64,000 nt of DNA. Origin: an uncultured Candidatus Saccharibacteria bacterium (GTDB taxonomy: Bacteria; Patescibacteriota; Minisyncoccia; Phycocordibacterales; JACOZG01). Every line of letters begins with the position of its first letter. Within the stretch, counting starts at the first letter, position 1. The notes under the pieces are model-generated. The model made no database searches. It saw nothing but the letters and a program-made list of their open reading frames with translations, and had not been told where the DNA came from. The translations under genes and the position numbers were made by a program. Location: NCBI GenBank assembly GCA_964460805.1, contig CAYWPU010000001.1:112565-176564 (forward strand), read 5' to 3'. Below are positions 8,802 through 20,458 of the stretch, in pieces.

Positions 8802-9888
8802 CAATATCTCGGATAGTGAGCTGGCAGGCAAGCGCGTGCTCTTACGCTTGGACTTGAACGTGCCAGTGATCACCAGTCCGAGCGGTGCGGTGGAGATCAG
8901 GGATGATTTCCGGATCAAAAACAGTCTGCCGACTATCAAAAAATTGCAAGACGCTGGTGCTAAGATTACGGTGCTGGCGCACTTGGGCGAGAAAGGCGCG
9001 AGCATTAAGCCAGTCGCAGAATATCTGAAAAGTTTGGTAACGGGGGAAATAGAAGTGTTAGAAAATCTGAGATTAGATCCGGGTGAAGAGAATAATTCGC
9101 CAGATTTTGCAGAGAAATTAGCCGCGCGCGCGGATTATTATATCAACGAGGCTTTTTCTGCTTCCCACCGAGAGCATGCGAGTATTGTGGGCTTGCCAGC
9201 GCGTTTGCCCAGCGCGGCGGGCTTGGAGTTCCAGCAGGAAGTGGCGCATCTCTCGGCGCTGGTCAATCCCACTCAGCCGCTACTCGTGATAATCGGTGGA
9301 GCAAAGTTTGGCACCAAATTGCCGCTGGTGCGGAAGTTCTTGAATATTGCTGATAAAATCTTCATCGCTGGCGCGCTGGCGCATCCGTTATTTAAATTAA
9401 AAGGCTACGAAATTGGTCAATCTCTTTGCGACGAGAGCGCCGGTGATCTCTCTGATCTCGCTAATCATCCAAAAATTATCTTACCCAGCGAGGTGCTGGT
9501 AGCAGAAAATGGGAAAACTTACGCCACCACTCCAGACAGAGTAACAAAAGAGGGGAAGATTGTTGACGCTGGCCCGCGCGCGCTGGCTGACTTAGGGAAT
9601 TTAGTAAAAAATAGCCGGACGATACTCTGGAATGGGCCGCTGGGCAACTATGAGCAAGGCTACGGCGAGCCAACTCGCGAGCTGGCTAAGCTGGTTGCCT
9701 CAAGCGAGGCCGAGAGCGTAGTCGGCGGCGGCGACACCATTGCGGCCATAGAGAGCTTAAATATTTTTGAGCAATTTACATTTGTTTCCACTGCCGGCGG
9801 TGCGATGCTGGATTATCTCGCTAATGGCACTTTGCCAGGGATTGAGGCGCTGGAAGAGAGTGAGAAGAAGTTTATAGTTCACCCCTAA
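8788..9888 (+). CDS. pgk: Phosphoglycerate kinase
   Basis: N-terminus LAGKRVLLRLDLNVP; GGAKF..KL and GGGDT motifs. Overlaps the tpiA 3' end by 14 nt. Confidence 0.9.
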   Translation: MRWLSNISDSELAGKRVLLRLDLNVPVITSPSGAVEIRDDFRIKNSLPTIKKLQDAGAKITVLAHLGEKGASIKPVAEYLKSLVTGEIEVLENLRLDPGEENNSPDFAEKLAARADYYINEAFSASHREHASIVGLPARLPSAAGLEFQQEVAHLSALVNPTQPLLVIIGGAKFGTKLPLVRKFLNIADKIFIAGALAHPLFKLKGYEIGQSLCDESAGDLSDLANHPKIILPSEVLVAENGKTYATTPDRVTKEGKIVDAGPRALADLGNLVKNSRTILWNGPLGNYEQGYGEPTRELAKLVASSEAESVVGGGDTIAAIESLNIFEQFTFVSTAGGAMLDYLANGTLPGIEALEESEKKFIVHP

Positions 9889-10249
9889 TCTTCTCCGCAT
9901 TCCCCGCAAAGTCCATTTTGTCTCCGCTCTCGGCGCGCGGATCGGGGAAGATCCAGATGTGGGCGTGCGGCACGTCCTCGCCGGTTACCCGACTCCAGAC
10001 GCCTTCTTGCCGGAAAGCTTTCTGTTGCGCGCGGGCTATCTTGCTCACTACTTCAAAATATTCACCCACATTTGGCACGTCCCAGACCCAGCGATGGTGA
10101 ACTTTCGGTATCACCTGCACGTGGCCGGCTGATCGGGGATTGATATCCATAAACGCGAGAAAATCCTCATCTTCATAGACAATCTCAGCTGGAATCTGTT
10201 TATTGACGATTTTGCAAAAGATGCAGTTTGGGTCGGAGGCGCTTAACAT
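9872..10249 (-). CDS. HIT-family (histidine triad) nucleotide hydrolase
   Basis: CIFCKI...AGHVQVIPKVHH histidine-triad region. Convergent with pgk, with a 17-nt overlap. Confidence 0.7.
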   Translation of the reverse strand: MLSASDPNCIFCKIVNKQIPAEIVYEDEDFLAFMDINPRSAGHVQVIPKVHHRWVWDVPNVGEYFEVVSKIARAQQKAFRQEGVWSRVTGEDVPHAHIWIFPDPRAESGDKMDFAGNAEKIRGEL

Positions 10250-10265
10250 GCCATAATGCTAGCTC

Positions 10266-11957
10266 ATGTCGGAAGATTTGTTAAATCAGCTCTTGCTGGC
10301 GCGCGGACTGGAGACGCCGGAACAGCGCGAGCAATTCCTCCAGCCTAGCTACGCCCGCGATATTGCCGATCCGTTTTTATTATCCGGCATGGAGCAAGCG
10401 GTGGCGAGAGTTCTGCAGGCAATTAAAAATACAGAGAAGATAATAATTTTTGCGGATTATGACGCTGACGGCGTGCCAGGCGCGGCTGTGCTCGCTGAAT
10501 TTTTTAGGAAAATAAAATTTAGTAATTTTGAAGTTTATATTCCCAATAGACACACGGAAGATTACGGCCTGATGGAGAAGAGTGTGCGGGAATTTGCGGC
10601 TAATCAGGCTAAGCTGATCATTACTATAGATTGCGGGATTAGTAATTTTGCAGAAGTAAAATTAGCGAATGAGCTTGGTCTAGACGTGATTATCACTGAC
10701 CACCATCTTCCACCACCGGTTTTGCCAGGGGCTCTTGCGATTGTGAATCCTAAAGTGGGGAGTGAGAATTATCCCGACAAGATGCTCTGTGGCGCGGGAG
10801 TGATTTTTAAGCTAGTCCAGGCGCTAATCGCGCGTGGCGATTTTAATTTAGATAAAAATTGGGAGAAAACACTATTAGATCTAGTAGCTATTGCAACTAT
10901 CTCTGATCGTGTGCCACTGCTGGCCGAGAACCGCGCACTGGCTAAATTTGGCTTGCTGATCCTCCAGCGCACGCCGCGGCCCGGTTTGCTCGCGCTCTTG
11001 CAGGCTGGCAAGATCAAGCAGAAGTACATTACAGAAGATGATATCGGCTATATGCTGGCGCCAAGATTGAATGCGGCAAGCAGGATGAGTCACGCTTCAG
11101 AAGCTTATTTTCTCTTAACGACCAAGAATCCGGCCGAGGCGCAAGCAATGGCGGCGCATCTGGAAAATAAAAATAGCGAACGGAAAAAATTAGTGGAGGG
11201 TATTATGCAAACAGCAGAGTCTAAAATACCTGCAGATGATCTACCAGAGCTGATTGTGTTGGGAGATAAAACTTGGTCGCCGGGTGTGCTGGGCTTGGCG
11301 GCAAGTAAATTGGTAGAAAAATTCTCGCGCCCTGTTTTCCTCTGGGGTGGCAATAATGGCGAAGTAAAAGGCTCCTGCCGCTCAGACGGCACTATCAATC
11401 TTGTGGAACTAATGCGCGCGGTGAACAGAGATGATCCGCCAGCTGGCGGATTCTTCAGTAACCTGGGCGGCCATGCCATGGCTGGCGGCTTCTCGCTCGC
11501 GGCGGCAAAAGTGGCAGAATTAGAGCAGAAGTTGCTGGAGGCTCACGCGCAGGCAGAGAAATTGGAACCGGAAGCAGAAAATAAGTTTGACGCGGCTATC
11601 TCTATTGATGAAGTAGACGAGCGCGCCTGGCGGCTGCTAGAGCAACTCGCGCCATTTGGCCCCGGCAATCCCAAACCAATTTTCTATCTGCCGAATATAG
11701 AAATTGCTCAGGCCAGGACCTTTGGCAACGGCGGCATCCACCTGGAGTTGAGCTTTAAGAAAAGCAATCCGCCATCCGCCGGCTGGCGGAGCGGAGAAAA
11801 AGTCTGCGCCGTAGGCTTCTTCACCAGTTCTAGCAAGTTTAAAGATGTGAAGTTAACAGCGGGGAGCAAGATCAATCTCTATGCCACGCTGGAGAAGTCG
11901 TTCTTTAAAGCTAATCCGGAAATCAGGTTGCGGATAGTGGATATTGTGGCTCAGTAG
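10266..11957 (+). CDS. recJ: Single-stranded-DNA-specific exonuclease RecJ
   Basis: DHH family motifs (ADYDADGV, ITDHH), DHHA1 region and C-terminal OB-like domain. Confidence 0.8.
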   Translation: MSEDLLNQLLLARGLETPEQREQFLQPSYARDIADPFLLSGMEQAVARVLQAIKNTEKIIIFADYDADGVPGAAVLAEFFRKIKFSNFEVYIPNRHTEDYGLMEKSVREFAANQAKLIITIDCGISNFAEVKLANELGLDVIITDHHLPPPVLPGALAIVNPKVGSENYPDKMLCGAGVIFKLVQALIARGDFNLDKNWEKTLLDLVAIATISDRVPLLAENRALAKFGLLILQRTPRPGLLALLQAGKIKQKYITEDDIGYMLAPRLNAASRMSHASEAYFLLTTKNPAEAQAMAAHLENKNSERKKLVEGIMQTAESKIPADDLPELIVLGDKTWSPGVLGLAASKLVEKFSRPVFLWGGNNGEVKGSCRSDGTINLVELMRAVNRDDPPAGGFFSNLGGHAMAGGFSLAAAKVAELEQKLLEAHAQAEKLEPEAENKFDAAISIDEVDERAWRLLEQLAPFGPGNPKPIFYLPNIEIAQARTFGNGGIHLELSFKKSNPPSAGWRSGEKVCAVGFFTSSSKFKDVKLTAGSKINLYATLEKSFFKANPEIRLRIVDIVAQ

Positions 11958-11988
11958 AGCCCTGTTTTGCCAGAACAGGGGAAAGCAC

Positions 11989-12017
11989 TTGACTTTTAAA
12001 CTCGTTTGGTATATAAT
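11989..12017 (+). promoter_or_regulatory. Sigma70-type promoter: TTGACT (11989-11994), 17-nt spacer, TATAAT (12012-12017)
   Basis: Near-consensus hexamers. Sits upstream of the conserved leader (12018-12092) and the gene at 12093. Confidence 0.6.
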
Positions 12018-12092
12018 AGGGGCTGCTAGAGCGTTTCTAGCTCTTTGAGAACGAGAACCCGTTTTTTGGCTAAACTGCCAAGAGGTGCAGAA
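12018..12092 (+). promoter_or_regulatory. Conserved structured 5' leader element (copy 1): GGGGCUGCUAGAGCGUUUCUAGCUCUUUGAGAACGAGAACCCGUUUUUUGGCUAAA. Possible attenuator or small RNA.
   Basis: Roughly 90% identical to 16216-16273. Contains the hairpin AGAGC-guuucua-GCUCU, and an outer GGG...CCC pairing followed by a U6 run. Confidence 0.45.
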
Positions 12093-12341
12093 ATGATTTT
12101 TACGGAAAAATATCCACCGATTTCACCTGGGACACGTGTCAAGACGATCCAAGAAGACAAAAGGGTCATCCAGAGTTATGGAGGAAAAAGAGAAAGTGTG
12201 CAATGGGGTGTTGAGGGTGAGGTGCTCTGTCATTCCGATTGTCATGGGCTTTGTTATTATGTCAGGCACGATGACGGAAGGTCTGTCACATACGCTTGGT
12301 ATGAGCCGACAGAACTGAAAGTTATCACTGACGAGAGGTGA
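12093..12341 (+). CDS. Hypothetical small protein (82 aa, Cys/His-containing: LCHSDCHGLCYYVRHDDG)
   Basis: ATG 12093 preceded by RBS agaggtg. No family recognised. Confidence 0.45.
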   Translation: MIFTEKYPPISPGTRVKTIQEDKRVIQSYGGKRESVQWGVEGEVLCHSDCHGLCYYVRHDDGRSVTYAWYEPTELKVITDER

Positions 12342-12442
12342 TCTGCTTTAAGTGTTCACCAACAGCGCCGTCCCAAATCTGGGTACGGCGCTTTTTTCTT
12401 TGCCTCAAAAACTTTTCTCGCTTAGAATGGAGGGACGAAAAA

Positions 12443-12874
12443 ATGACTAAAATTATCTTACACACAGACGGCGGTGCGCGGGGGAATCCGGGACCAGCGG
12501 GGGCTGGGGTTGCTATTTTAGATGAGAAAAGTGCAGTTTTACAGACAGCAAAAAAATTTCTGGGTGAAGAATTGACTAATAATGAGGCAGAATATCAGGC
12601 ACTGCTCTTTGGTTTGCAGACGTTCTGGGAGTTTTTTAAAGAAAAAACCGAGCTTAAAAATTTAAGTTTAGAAGTCAAATTAGATAGCGAGCTGGTGGTC
12701 AAGCAATTGCGCGGCGAATATAAGATTAAAGAAGTCAGATTGCAGGCGCTGGCGGCAGAAGTGAAGGCGGTGATCAATTATCTGGGTTTGGCGAGTCTTA
12801 CCTTCACCCACGTGCGGCGGGAGGAGAATAAACTCGCTGATCAATTAGCTAACGAGGCGATGGACGCGCGATGA
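12443..12874 (+). CDS. rnhA: Ribonuclease HI
   Basis: HTDGGARGNPGPAGAGV matches the RNase H type-1 motif (TDGSxxGNPGPGG). Strong RBS (ggaggg). Confidence 0.7.
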   Translation: MTKIILHTDGGARGNPGPAGAGVAILDEKSAVLQTAKKFLGEELTNNEAEYQALLFGLQTFWEFFKEKTELKNLSLEVKLDSELVVKQLRGEYKIKEVRLQALAAEVKAVINYLGLASLTFTHVRREENKLADQLANEAMDAR

Positions 12875-14358
12875 CGCGGCGGGCCGGGTTCTTCTTATTT
12901 TTCTTTGCTGGCATTGGACTGGGGTCGGGTCTCGGCTGGGGCTGGGCGGGCGTAGTTTATTTTCTGCTCATCAGCGCGGGTTTATTTGCCGTCTCGCGCT
13001 CGCGGCCAGCAGAGCGCCGAGCGCTACTGATTAGCTTTTCTATTTTTAGCCTCGCTCTGGCATTGGGACTAGCGCGGGTTAATTTTGCTAATTTTGGCAC
13101 TGCTAGCGAGAGTGATTTGAGTGAAAAGATTGGCTCGGAGATAGAGCTGACGGGGATGATCTCCGGCGAGCCGGACGAGCGCGAGGAGAGCGTGCGGCTC
13201 ACTTTCTCGCCAGATGATTTAACAGAAAAAGTTCTGATAGTAACCGGCAAGTATCCAGCGCGCGTCTATGGCGAGCGTTTGCGGGTTACTGGCAAGCTGG
13301 AGCGGCCGGAGAACTTTGAAACCGATGCCGGCCGGCAATTTGATTATATTAATTATCTTAGTAAAGATGAGATCTACTACATCATCCGCCAGCCTAGATT
13401 AGAATCGCTTGGCTTGGATAATTCCGTGCTTGTAAAGACACGCCGCGCGCTCTTCACTTTTAAACAAGCTTTCCTCGCCAAGCTCACACGCACCTTGCCC
13501 GAGCCGCATGCGGCGCTCTTGGGTGGCGTGACGATTGGCGCGCGGCGGGGGATGCCGGAGCTGTGGCAGGAGCGCTTCCGCACCGCCGGACTCTCGCACA
13601 TTGTTGTTCTCTCTGGTTATAACATAACGATAGTTGCCGAGATGATGTTAAAAGCTCTGTCCTTCCTACCCGCACTCGCCGCCACGCTGGCTGGTGCCGC
13701 GAGCGTGGTGGTCTTCACGCTTGCTACCGGCGCCAGTTCCACCACCGTGCGCGCGTCTATCATGGCGCTGGTGGCACTGCTGGCGCGGGCCACTGGCCGA
13801 GTGTATCAGTCACTGGATGCGCTCTTGCTGGCCGCCTTCTGCATGATCATTTACCAGCCTAAAGTTTTGCTCTTTGATCTCAGCTTCCAGCTCTCGTTCC
13901 TGGCCACTTGGGGGATCATTGTTGGCCCGCCGCTCATCCGGCCTTATCTTGGCTGGATTACGGAACGCCTCAGCTTCCGTGAGTTAGTAGTCAGCACGCT
14001 CTCTGCGCAAATTGCTGTCTTGCCTTGGATCCTCTATAAAATCGGTCAGCTCTCGTTTGTCGCTCTGCCCACTAACTTGCTAGTGCTCACCTTTGTGCCG
14101 TTCGCCATGTTCTTGGGTTTCTTTGTTGCCCTCGCCGGATTCTTAAATTATTTCCTCTCGTTGCCGTTTGCTTATCTGGCTTATATCTTGCTCGCATACA
14201 TCCTGGCTATAACCAAATTTGCCGCCGCTCTGCCTTATGCGGCGGTTTACTTGCGCTATTTCCCGCTCTGGCTCACGCTTCTGGTTTATTTTTTCTTCAT
14301 CTGGTTCTGGCAAAGACGGGAAAATCAGGCAAAAAAACAGGCACGCGCACACCGGTGA
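12871..14358 (+). CDS. comEC: ComEC/Rec2 DNA-uptake channel protein: N-terminal DUF4131 and competence domain, no MBL domain
   Basis: Polytopic membrane protein with LGGVTIGARRGMPELWQERFRTAGLSHIVVLSGYNI, matching the competence-domain signature (SHLLAISGLH-like). ATGA start/stop overlap with rnhA. Confidence 0.7.
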   Translation: MTRRAGFFLFFFAGIGLGSGLGWGWAGVVYFLLISAGLFAVSRSRPAERRALLISFSIFSLALALGLARVNFANFGTASESDLSEKIGSEIELTGMISGEPDEREESVRLTFSPDDLTEKVLIVTGKYPARVYGERLRVTGKLERPENFETDAGRQFDYINYLSKDEIYYIIRQPRLESLGLDNSVLVKTRRALFTFKQAFLAKLTRTLPEPHAALLGGVTIGARRGMPELWQERFRTAGLSHIVVLSGYNITIVAEMMLKALSFLPALAATLAGAASVVVFTLATGASSTTVRASIMALVALLARATGRVYQSLDALLLAAFCMIIYQPKVLLFDLSFQLSFLATWGIIVGPPLIRPYLGWITERLSFRELVVSTLSAQIAVLPWILYKIGQLSFVALPTNLLVLTFVPFAMFLGFFVALAGFLNYFLSLPFAYLAYILLAYILAITKFAAALPYAAVYLRYFPLWLTLLVYFFFIWFWQRRENQAKKQARAHR

Positions 14359-14481
14359 GGTGATTGCGTGCCCTGGTTCAGCGATCTCCACTCGGGCCGA
14401 GGTGGTGGAGAATTGAAAGGGGGTTCTCCGTAGATCGCCAACCGTTTACCAGCCTATATTAAGTATTATAATCTGTCAAAG

Positions 14482-15357
14482 ATGTCTACACTCTGGCGCA
14501 AAGCAAGATGGTTCCTGCTCGGTTTTATTCTGGTTTCTAGTTTACTCACTTGGCGAGCGGTTTTTAGTTATAATCAGCAGGATTATCTCACTCTGGCAGT
14601 GTTAGATATAGGCCAGGGCGATGCGATTTTTATTGAAGATAGAGCGGGGCATCAGATCCTGATAGACGGCGGGCCGGGGAGTGCTATCCTCTCAGCTTTA
14701 CCAGAGCTGATGGACTTCTCTGATCGCCACATTGATCTATTGATCGTTTCTCATCCGCATGCTGATCACTTGTCTGGCTTGGTGGAGATCTTGAAGCGCT
14801 ATGAAGTTGATGCGGTGTTGGAGGCTGGGGCAATCTACGACAGCGCGCTCTTCCGCGAGTGGCAGCGCTTAATTGCGGAAAAGGAGATAACGCATATCAT
14901 CGCCCAGCGCGGCGAGCGGGTTAAATTAGCTGGTGGCGATGTGTTGGAGATCATCGCGCCGTTCCAGAATTGGGGAGGAGTGGAGGCTAAAGAGATCCAC
15001 GATAGCATGGTGGTGGCACGGCTCTGGGCGGCAGGCTCTAGTGTGGCGATGCTCACTGGTGACGCAGAGGTGAGTGTGGAAGCGGAGTTGATTAAAACAG
15101 GTGAGAATTTAAATTCTAAAATATTAAAAGTCGGCCATCACGGCTCTAAGACTTCTACTTCTGAGAGTTTTCTCACAGCAGTGGCGCCGGAGGTGGCTCT
15201 GATTTCCGTTGGTAATCCAAATAGATATGGCCACCCATATCCGGGAACTCTGGAGAGGTTAGAACAATTTGGCGTGCCAGCCTTGCGCACAGATCAAGAG
15301 GGGACTATTATTTTTAAGATAAACGGGGAAACAGGAGAGATTAGGCAGCAAACTTGA
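14482..15357 (+). CDS. ComEC-type metallo-beta-lactamase-fold domain protein, a separate ORF in the same frame as the upstream comEC
   Basis: LAVLDIGQGDAIFIE...HPHADHLSGL (HxHxDH MBL motif). Has its own N-terminal TM segment and a TATAAT box 12 nt upstream. Confidence 0.7.
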   Translation: MSTLWRKARWFLLGFILVSSLLTWRAVFSYNQQDYLTLAVLDIGQGDAIFIEDRAGHQILIDGGPGSAILSALPELMDFSDRHIDLLIVSHPHADHLSGLVEILKRYEVDAVLEAGAIYDSALFREWQRLIAEKEITHIIAQRGERVKLAGGDVLEIIAPFQNWGGVEAKEIHDSMVVARLWAAGSSVAMLTGDAEVSVEAELIKTGENLNSKILKVGHHGSKTSTSESFLTAVAPEVALISVGNPNRYGHPYPGTLERLEQFGVPALRTDQEGTIIFKINGETGEIRQQT

Positions 15358-15541
15358 GTTGCTTGCCGGCCTTGATGCACTTGGCGCAGAGACGGACGCG
15401 CTTGCCCTCGCCGGTGCGAGTCCACTGGAGATTGGGGTAACGCCGCACCTTGCCGGTGGGGTTGAACTTGGTGGCGCGGATGCGGTTGGAGTAACCGCCG
15501 CCCACGGCCGAACTGCGCTGACAGGTTAAACAAGCTTTCAT
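15341..15541 (-). CDS. rpmB: 50S ribosomal protein L28 (bL28)
   Basis: MKACLTCQRS...GKVRRYPNLQ...RVRLCAKCIKAGK resembles bL28 (C-x2-C, KRRF-PNLQ, C-terminal K-GK). Internal ATG of the longer 15341-15724 track ORF. Confidence 0.55.
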   Translation of the reverse strand: MKACLTCQRSSAVGGGYSNRIRATKFNPTGKVRRYPNLQWTRTGEGKRVRLCAKCIKAGKQLKFAA

Positions 15542-15577
15542 ATGAAGTAGCTGAGATGGTATCATAATATCCAGATT

Positions 15578-16183
15578 ATGCAAGCACTGGATCCAGTTTT
15601 CCTCATCATCATTCTCATCATCTCGGTGGTGCTCCACGAGGTCTCTCATGGCTACGTGGCAGATATGCTTGGCGACCCTACTGCTCGTCGGGCTGGTCGG
15701 CTCACGCTCAATCCCATCTCTCACCTAGACTGGTTTGGCTCGGTCCTTGTACCCTTCCTGCTCTACCTCCTGCCAGGTGGTCTAATGTTCGGCTGGGCCA
15801 AGCCAGTGCCTTATAATCCTTATAATCTCCGCGGCGGCCGCTGGGGTCCGGCCTATGTGGCTCTGGCTGGACCGGCTTCCAACTTGCTTATCGCGCTCAT
15901 CTTTGGCCTCCTGCTCCGTTTTGGCCTCCTACCCGTAACAGCCGTCTCACTGGTTTCCGTCCTAGTGCGCATTAACCTGATGCTGGCTGTCTTCAATCTC
16001 ATCCCCATCGCCCCGCTGGATGGCTCTAAAGTGCTTTTTGCTGTCCTGCCCAATTCGCTGGCTTGGCTGGAAGAGTGGTGGGTGCGTCACCAGCTCTTGA
16101 TCCTGGTCGTCTTGCTCTGGCTGCTGATGAGTACCAGCTTCTTGGAGCGGGCCGTTTTTGGCTTATTTTCCCTAATCACTTAG
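15578..16183 (+). CDS. Site-2 protease-family (M50) membrane metalloprotease
   Basis: HEVSHGY (HExxH) in the first TM region. About 6 TM segments. Confidence 0.55.
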   Translation: MQALDPVFLIIILIISVVLHEVSHGYVADMLGDPTARRAGRLTLNPISHLDWFGSVLVPFLLYLLPGGLMFGWAKPVPYNPYNLRGGRWGPAYVALAGPASNLLIALIFGLLLRFGLLPVTAVSLVSVLVRINLMLAVFNLIPIAPLDGSKVLFAVLPNSLAWLEEWWVRHQLLILVVLLWLLMSTSFLERAVFGLFSLIT

Positions 16184-16187
16184 CCCC

Positions 16188-16215
16188 TTGACAAGTTCTA
16201 CCCATTTGCTATAAT
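16188..16215 (+). promoter_or_regulatory. Sigma70-type promoter (family copy): TTGACA (16188-16193), 16-nt spacer AGTTCTACCCATTTGC, extended TGcTATAAT (16210-16215)
   Basis: Identical or near-identical to the promoters at 62328-62355 and 62881-62909. Confidence 0.65.
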
Positions 16216-16299
16216 AGGGGTTGCTAGAGTGTTTCTAGCTCTTTGAGAACAAGAACCCGTTTTTTTTGGCTAAAAATATAGCCAGAAGGAGAAGAGGAA
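16216..16299 (+). promoter_or_regulatory. Conserved structured 5' leader element (copy 2)
   Basis: AGGGGTTGCTAGAGTGTTTCTAGCTCTTTGAGAACAAGAACCCGTTTTTTTTGGCTAAAAA, roughly 90% identical to 12018-12075. Followed by RBS GGAGAAGAGG and ATG 16300. Confidence 0.45.
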
Positions 16300-16677
16300 A
16301 TGAGGATCTTGATTGTGATATGGGTCGTGGGTCTGGCATTGCTCACCGGTTGTGATCCGCCTGAAGAAGGGGGCGGTGCGTTGCGGAAAACGAATCAGGC
16401 CCAAGTCATTGATCTTTCTGTCTGTCGGACAGTAGGGAATCACACATATATCCCTATCAAGAAGTGTGGTTTCAGCCCGGATGACATCCACGAAGAGATC
16501 CTCCAGATTCTCCAAGCCTTCGAGCAGAGACACCTAGATTGGGTTGTGATTAGCTGGGCTACAGAGGCCAATCATAATTCTCATTCATACCCGGCGAACA
16601 CTTATGGTCTGTGGGTCAATCACTTGCCAAGAGAGGAGCTGAGACAGCTCCTCTCTACCAGTCAGCCAGCAGGCTAA
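16300..16677 (+). CDS. Hypothetical lipoprotein
   Basis: Signal peptide with lipobox LLTGC. Strong RBS. No family recognised. Confidence 0.5.
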   Translation: MRILIVIWVVGLALLTGCDPPEEGGGALRKTNQAQVIDLSVCRTVGNHTYIPIKKCGFSPDDIHEEILQILQAFEQRHLDWVVISWATEANHNSHSYPANTYGLWVNHLPREELRQLLSTSQPAG

Positions 16678-16757
16678 TCTGGCTCGGCTAGATTCGGCCT
16701 CAATCGCGCTACCTCACAAGTAGCGCGATTTTTATTTATTGTGCTAAGCTAGTTGAT

Positions 16758-17240
16758 ATGAGAAAGCTGTTTATTAGTTTTGCGGTTTTGAGTTTATTCT
16801 TTATTTTTGCAATACCTGCGCGGGCGCAGTCTTCTGTGGATCACACTCAAATCGTTTCTATCTTAGAGCGCTTGGCCAGACTATTGCCGTCTCCTCTACT
16901 ACCGCCTTCGTCGTCTGGGATCCTGGTGATAGTGAGAGACGAGCCGCCGGCGATCAAGAGCGTGAGCGGTCCGGCAGAGCTGGCGGCGGGGGAGAACGGT
17001 AAGTGGTGGATCCGCGTTGCCGATCCCTCAGCCAGTCCGCTAGTCTACAGCGTGCGCTGGGGCGACGATGGCGAGCGCGTCCAGGCTACCAAAGCGCCTT
17101 CTTATATCCCGGATGTGAAGTATCAGACCATTGTTTTCAATCACACTTATCGTGATGCTGGAGTTTATCAGATTATCGTCAGCGCCACTGATCAGTTTGG
17201 GCAGACGGCCAGCAGAGAGCTAAGTGTTAAGGTGATTTGA
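16758..17240 (+). CDS. Secreted PKD-domain protein
   Basis: Signal peptide (FAIPARAQS). PKD-like segment YSVRWGDDGE...HTYRDAGVYQIIVSATDQFGQTAS. Confidence 0.5.
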   Translation: MRKLFISFAVLSLFFIFAIPARAQSSVDHTQIVSILERLARLLPSPLLPPSSSGILVIVRDEPPAIKSVSGPAELAAGENGKWWIRVADPSASPLVYSVRWGDDGERVQATKAPSYIPDVKYQTIVFNHTYRDAGVYQIIVSATDQFGQTASRELSVKVI

Positions 17241-17301
17241 CACTCTTAGCTAATCTGTTAAGATGAAGCACGCTCGCTAAGGCGGGTATTTTTCTCACTC
17301 A

Positions 17302-17712
17302 ATGGCTACTATCAATCAGTTAGTTAAGCGCAAGCGCCAGATCATCCGGCGGAAGAGCAAATCCGTGGCGATGGAGCGCGGCTTCAATACGCTCAAGAAC
17401 GCTCCGGTCTATTACCCGGCGCCCTTTAAGCGCGGCGTCTGCACGCAGGTCAAGACGACTACGCCCAAGAAGCCGAACTCAGCTATCAGAAAGATCGCCA
17501 GGGTTAGACTAACTAACGGCATGGAGGTCACTGCTTATATCCCAGGCATTGGTCACAAACTACAAGAGCACAGCGTGGTGATGATCAGAGGGGGTAGAGT
17601 AAAAGACTTGCCCGGCGTGCGTTACCATATTGTGCGCGGCCGGCTGGATGCTGAGGGCGTGGAGAACCGCAAGAAGGGGCGCTCACTCTATGGCGTCAAG
17701 CGGCCGAAATAA
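17302..17712 (+). CDS. rpsL: 30S ribosomal protein S12
   Basis: [12 protein letters not shown] and [10 protein letters not shown] motifs. Confidence 0.9.
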   Translation: MATINQLVKRKRQIIRRKSKSVAMERGFNTLKNAPVYYPAPFKRGVCTQVKTTTPKKPNSAIRKIARVRLTNGMEVTAYIPGIGHKLQEHSVVMIRGGRVKDLPGVRYHIVRGRLDAEGVENRKKGRSLYGVKRPK

Positions 17713-17723
17713 TTTAAAACAAA

Positions 17724-18203
17724 ATGCGTAGGAAGTTAAAGTCTAAGCAAAAGCTCTCGCCTGATTATCGCTATAATTCTACTAAAGTGGCGAAGCTGAT
17801 TAACTATGTGATGGAGAAGGGTCACAAGCAGATTGCGCGGGACATTGTGTACGGCGCGTTTGATGATATTAAGAAAGATACGAAGAAAGAGCCACTAGAA
17901 GTTTTTGACGCCGCTCTGCACAACTCTGGTCCGCTGATGGAGATCAAGACTCGTCGTGTGGGTGGTGCTAACTACCAGATCCCGCACGAGGTCAGCGACG
18001 CGCGCAAGCTCACGCTCTCGCTCAGGTGGATCTTGGAGTTTGCCAGAGCCAAGAAAGGCAAGCCAATGCGGCAGAAGTTGGCCGAGGAGATCGTCCTGGC
18101 GAGCAAGAACGAGGGCGAGACGATCAAGCGCCGTGAGAACGTCCACAAGATGGCCGAGGCTAACCGCGCTTTTGCCCACTTTGCCCGCAAACCTCAGAGC
18201 TAA
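17724..18203 (+). CDS. rpsG: 30S ribosomal protein S7
   Basis: uS7 conserved order, with internal segments AIKN.P..E.K.RRVGG and NYQ.P. Confidence 0.9.
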   Translation: MRRKLKSKQKLSPDYRYNSTKVAKLINYVMEKGHKQIARDIVYGAFDDIKKDTKKEPLEVFDAALHNSGPLMEIKTRRVGGANYQIPHEVSDARKLTLSLRWILEFARAKKGKPMRQKLAEEIVLASKNEGETIKRRENVHKMAEANRAFAHFARKPQS

Positions 18204-18219
18204 TTTAAATTTTATCTAG

Positions 18220-20361
<2,142 letters not shown>

Positions 20362-20387
20362 TACAGCAACTCCCAACTCCAAGATTC

Positions 20388-20440
20388 AAAAAAATAACCC
20401 CGAGCAGACGGATTGTCTGCCCGGGGTTTGCTGGTTTTGC
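20388..20440. terminator. Bidirectional rho-independent terminator: CCCCGAGCAGAC-ggatt-GTCTGCCCGGGG with an A-run 5' and a T-run 3'
   Basis: 12-bp stem with one mismatch, between convergent fusA (+) and the lipoprotein gene (-). Confidence 0.7.
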
Positions 20441-20458
20441 GCCCAGCTTTGCCAAGTA

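Noticed and set aside
14359-14481. Possibility that the comEC split is a recoded stop (e.g. TGA read as Gly, as in some CPR lineages)
   Set aside because: TGA, TAG and TAA all terminate well-conserved genes in this window (for example TGA ends the first GT4 gene and TAG ends pilB and fusA). The gap also contains a second in-frame TAG.
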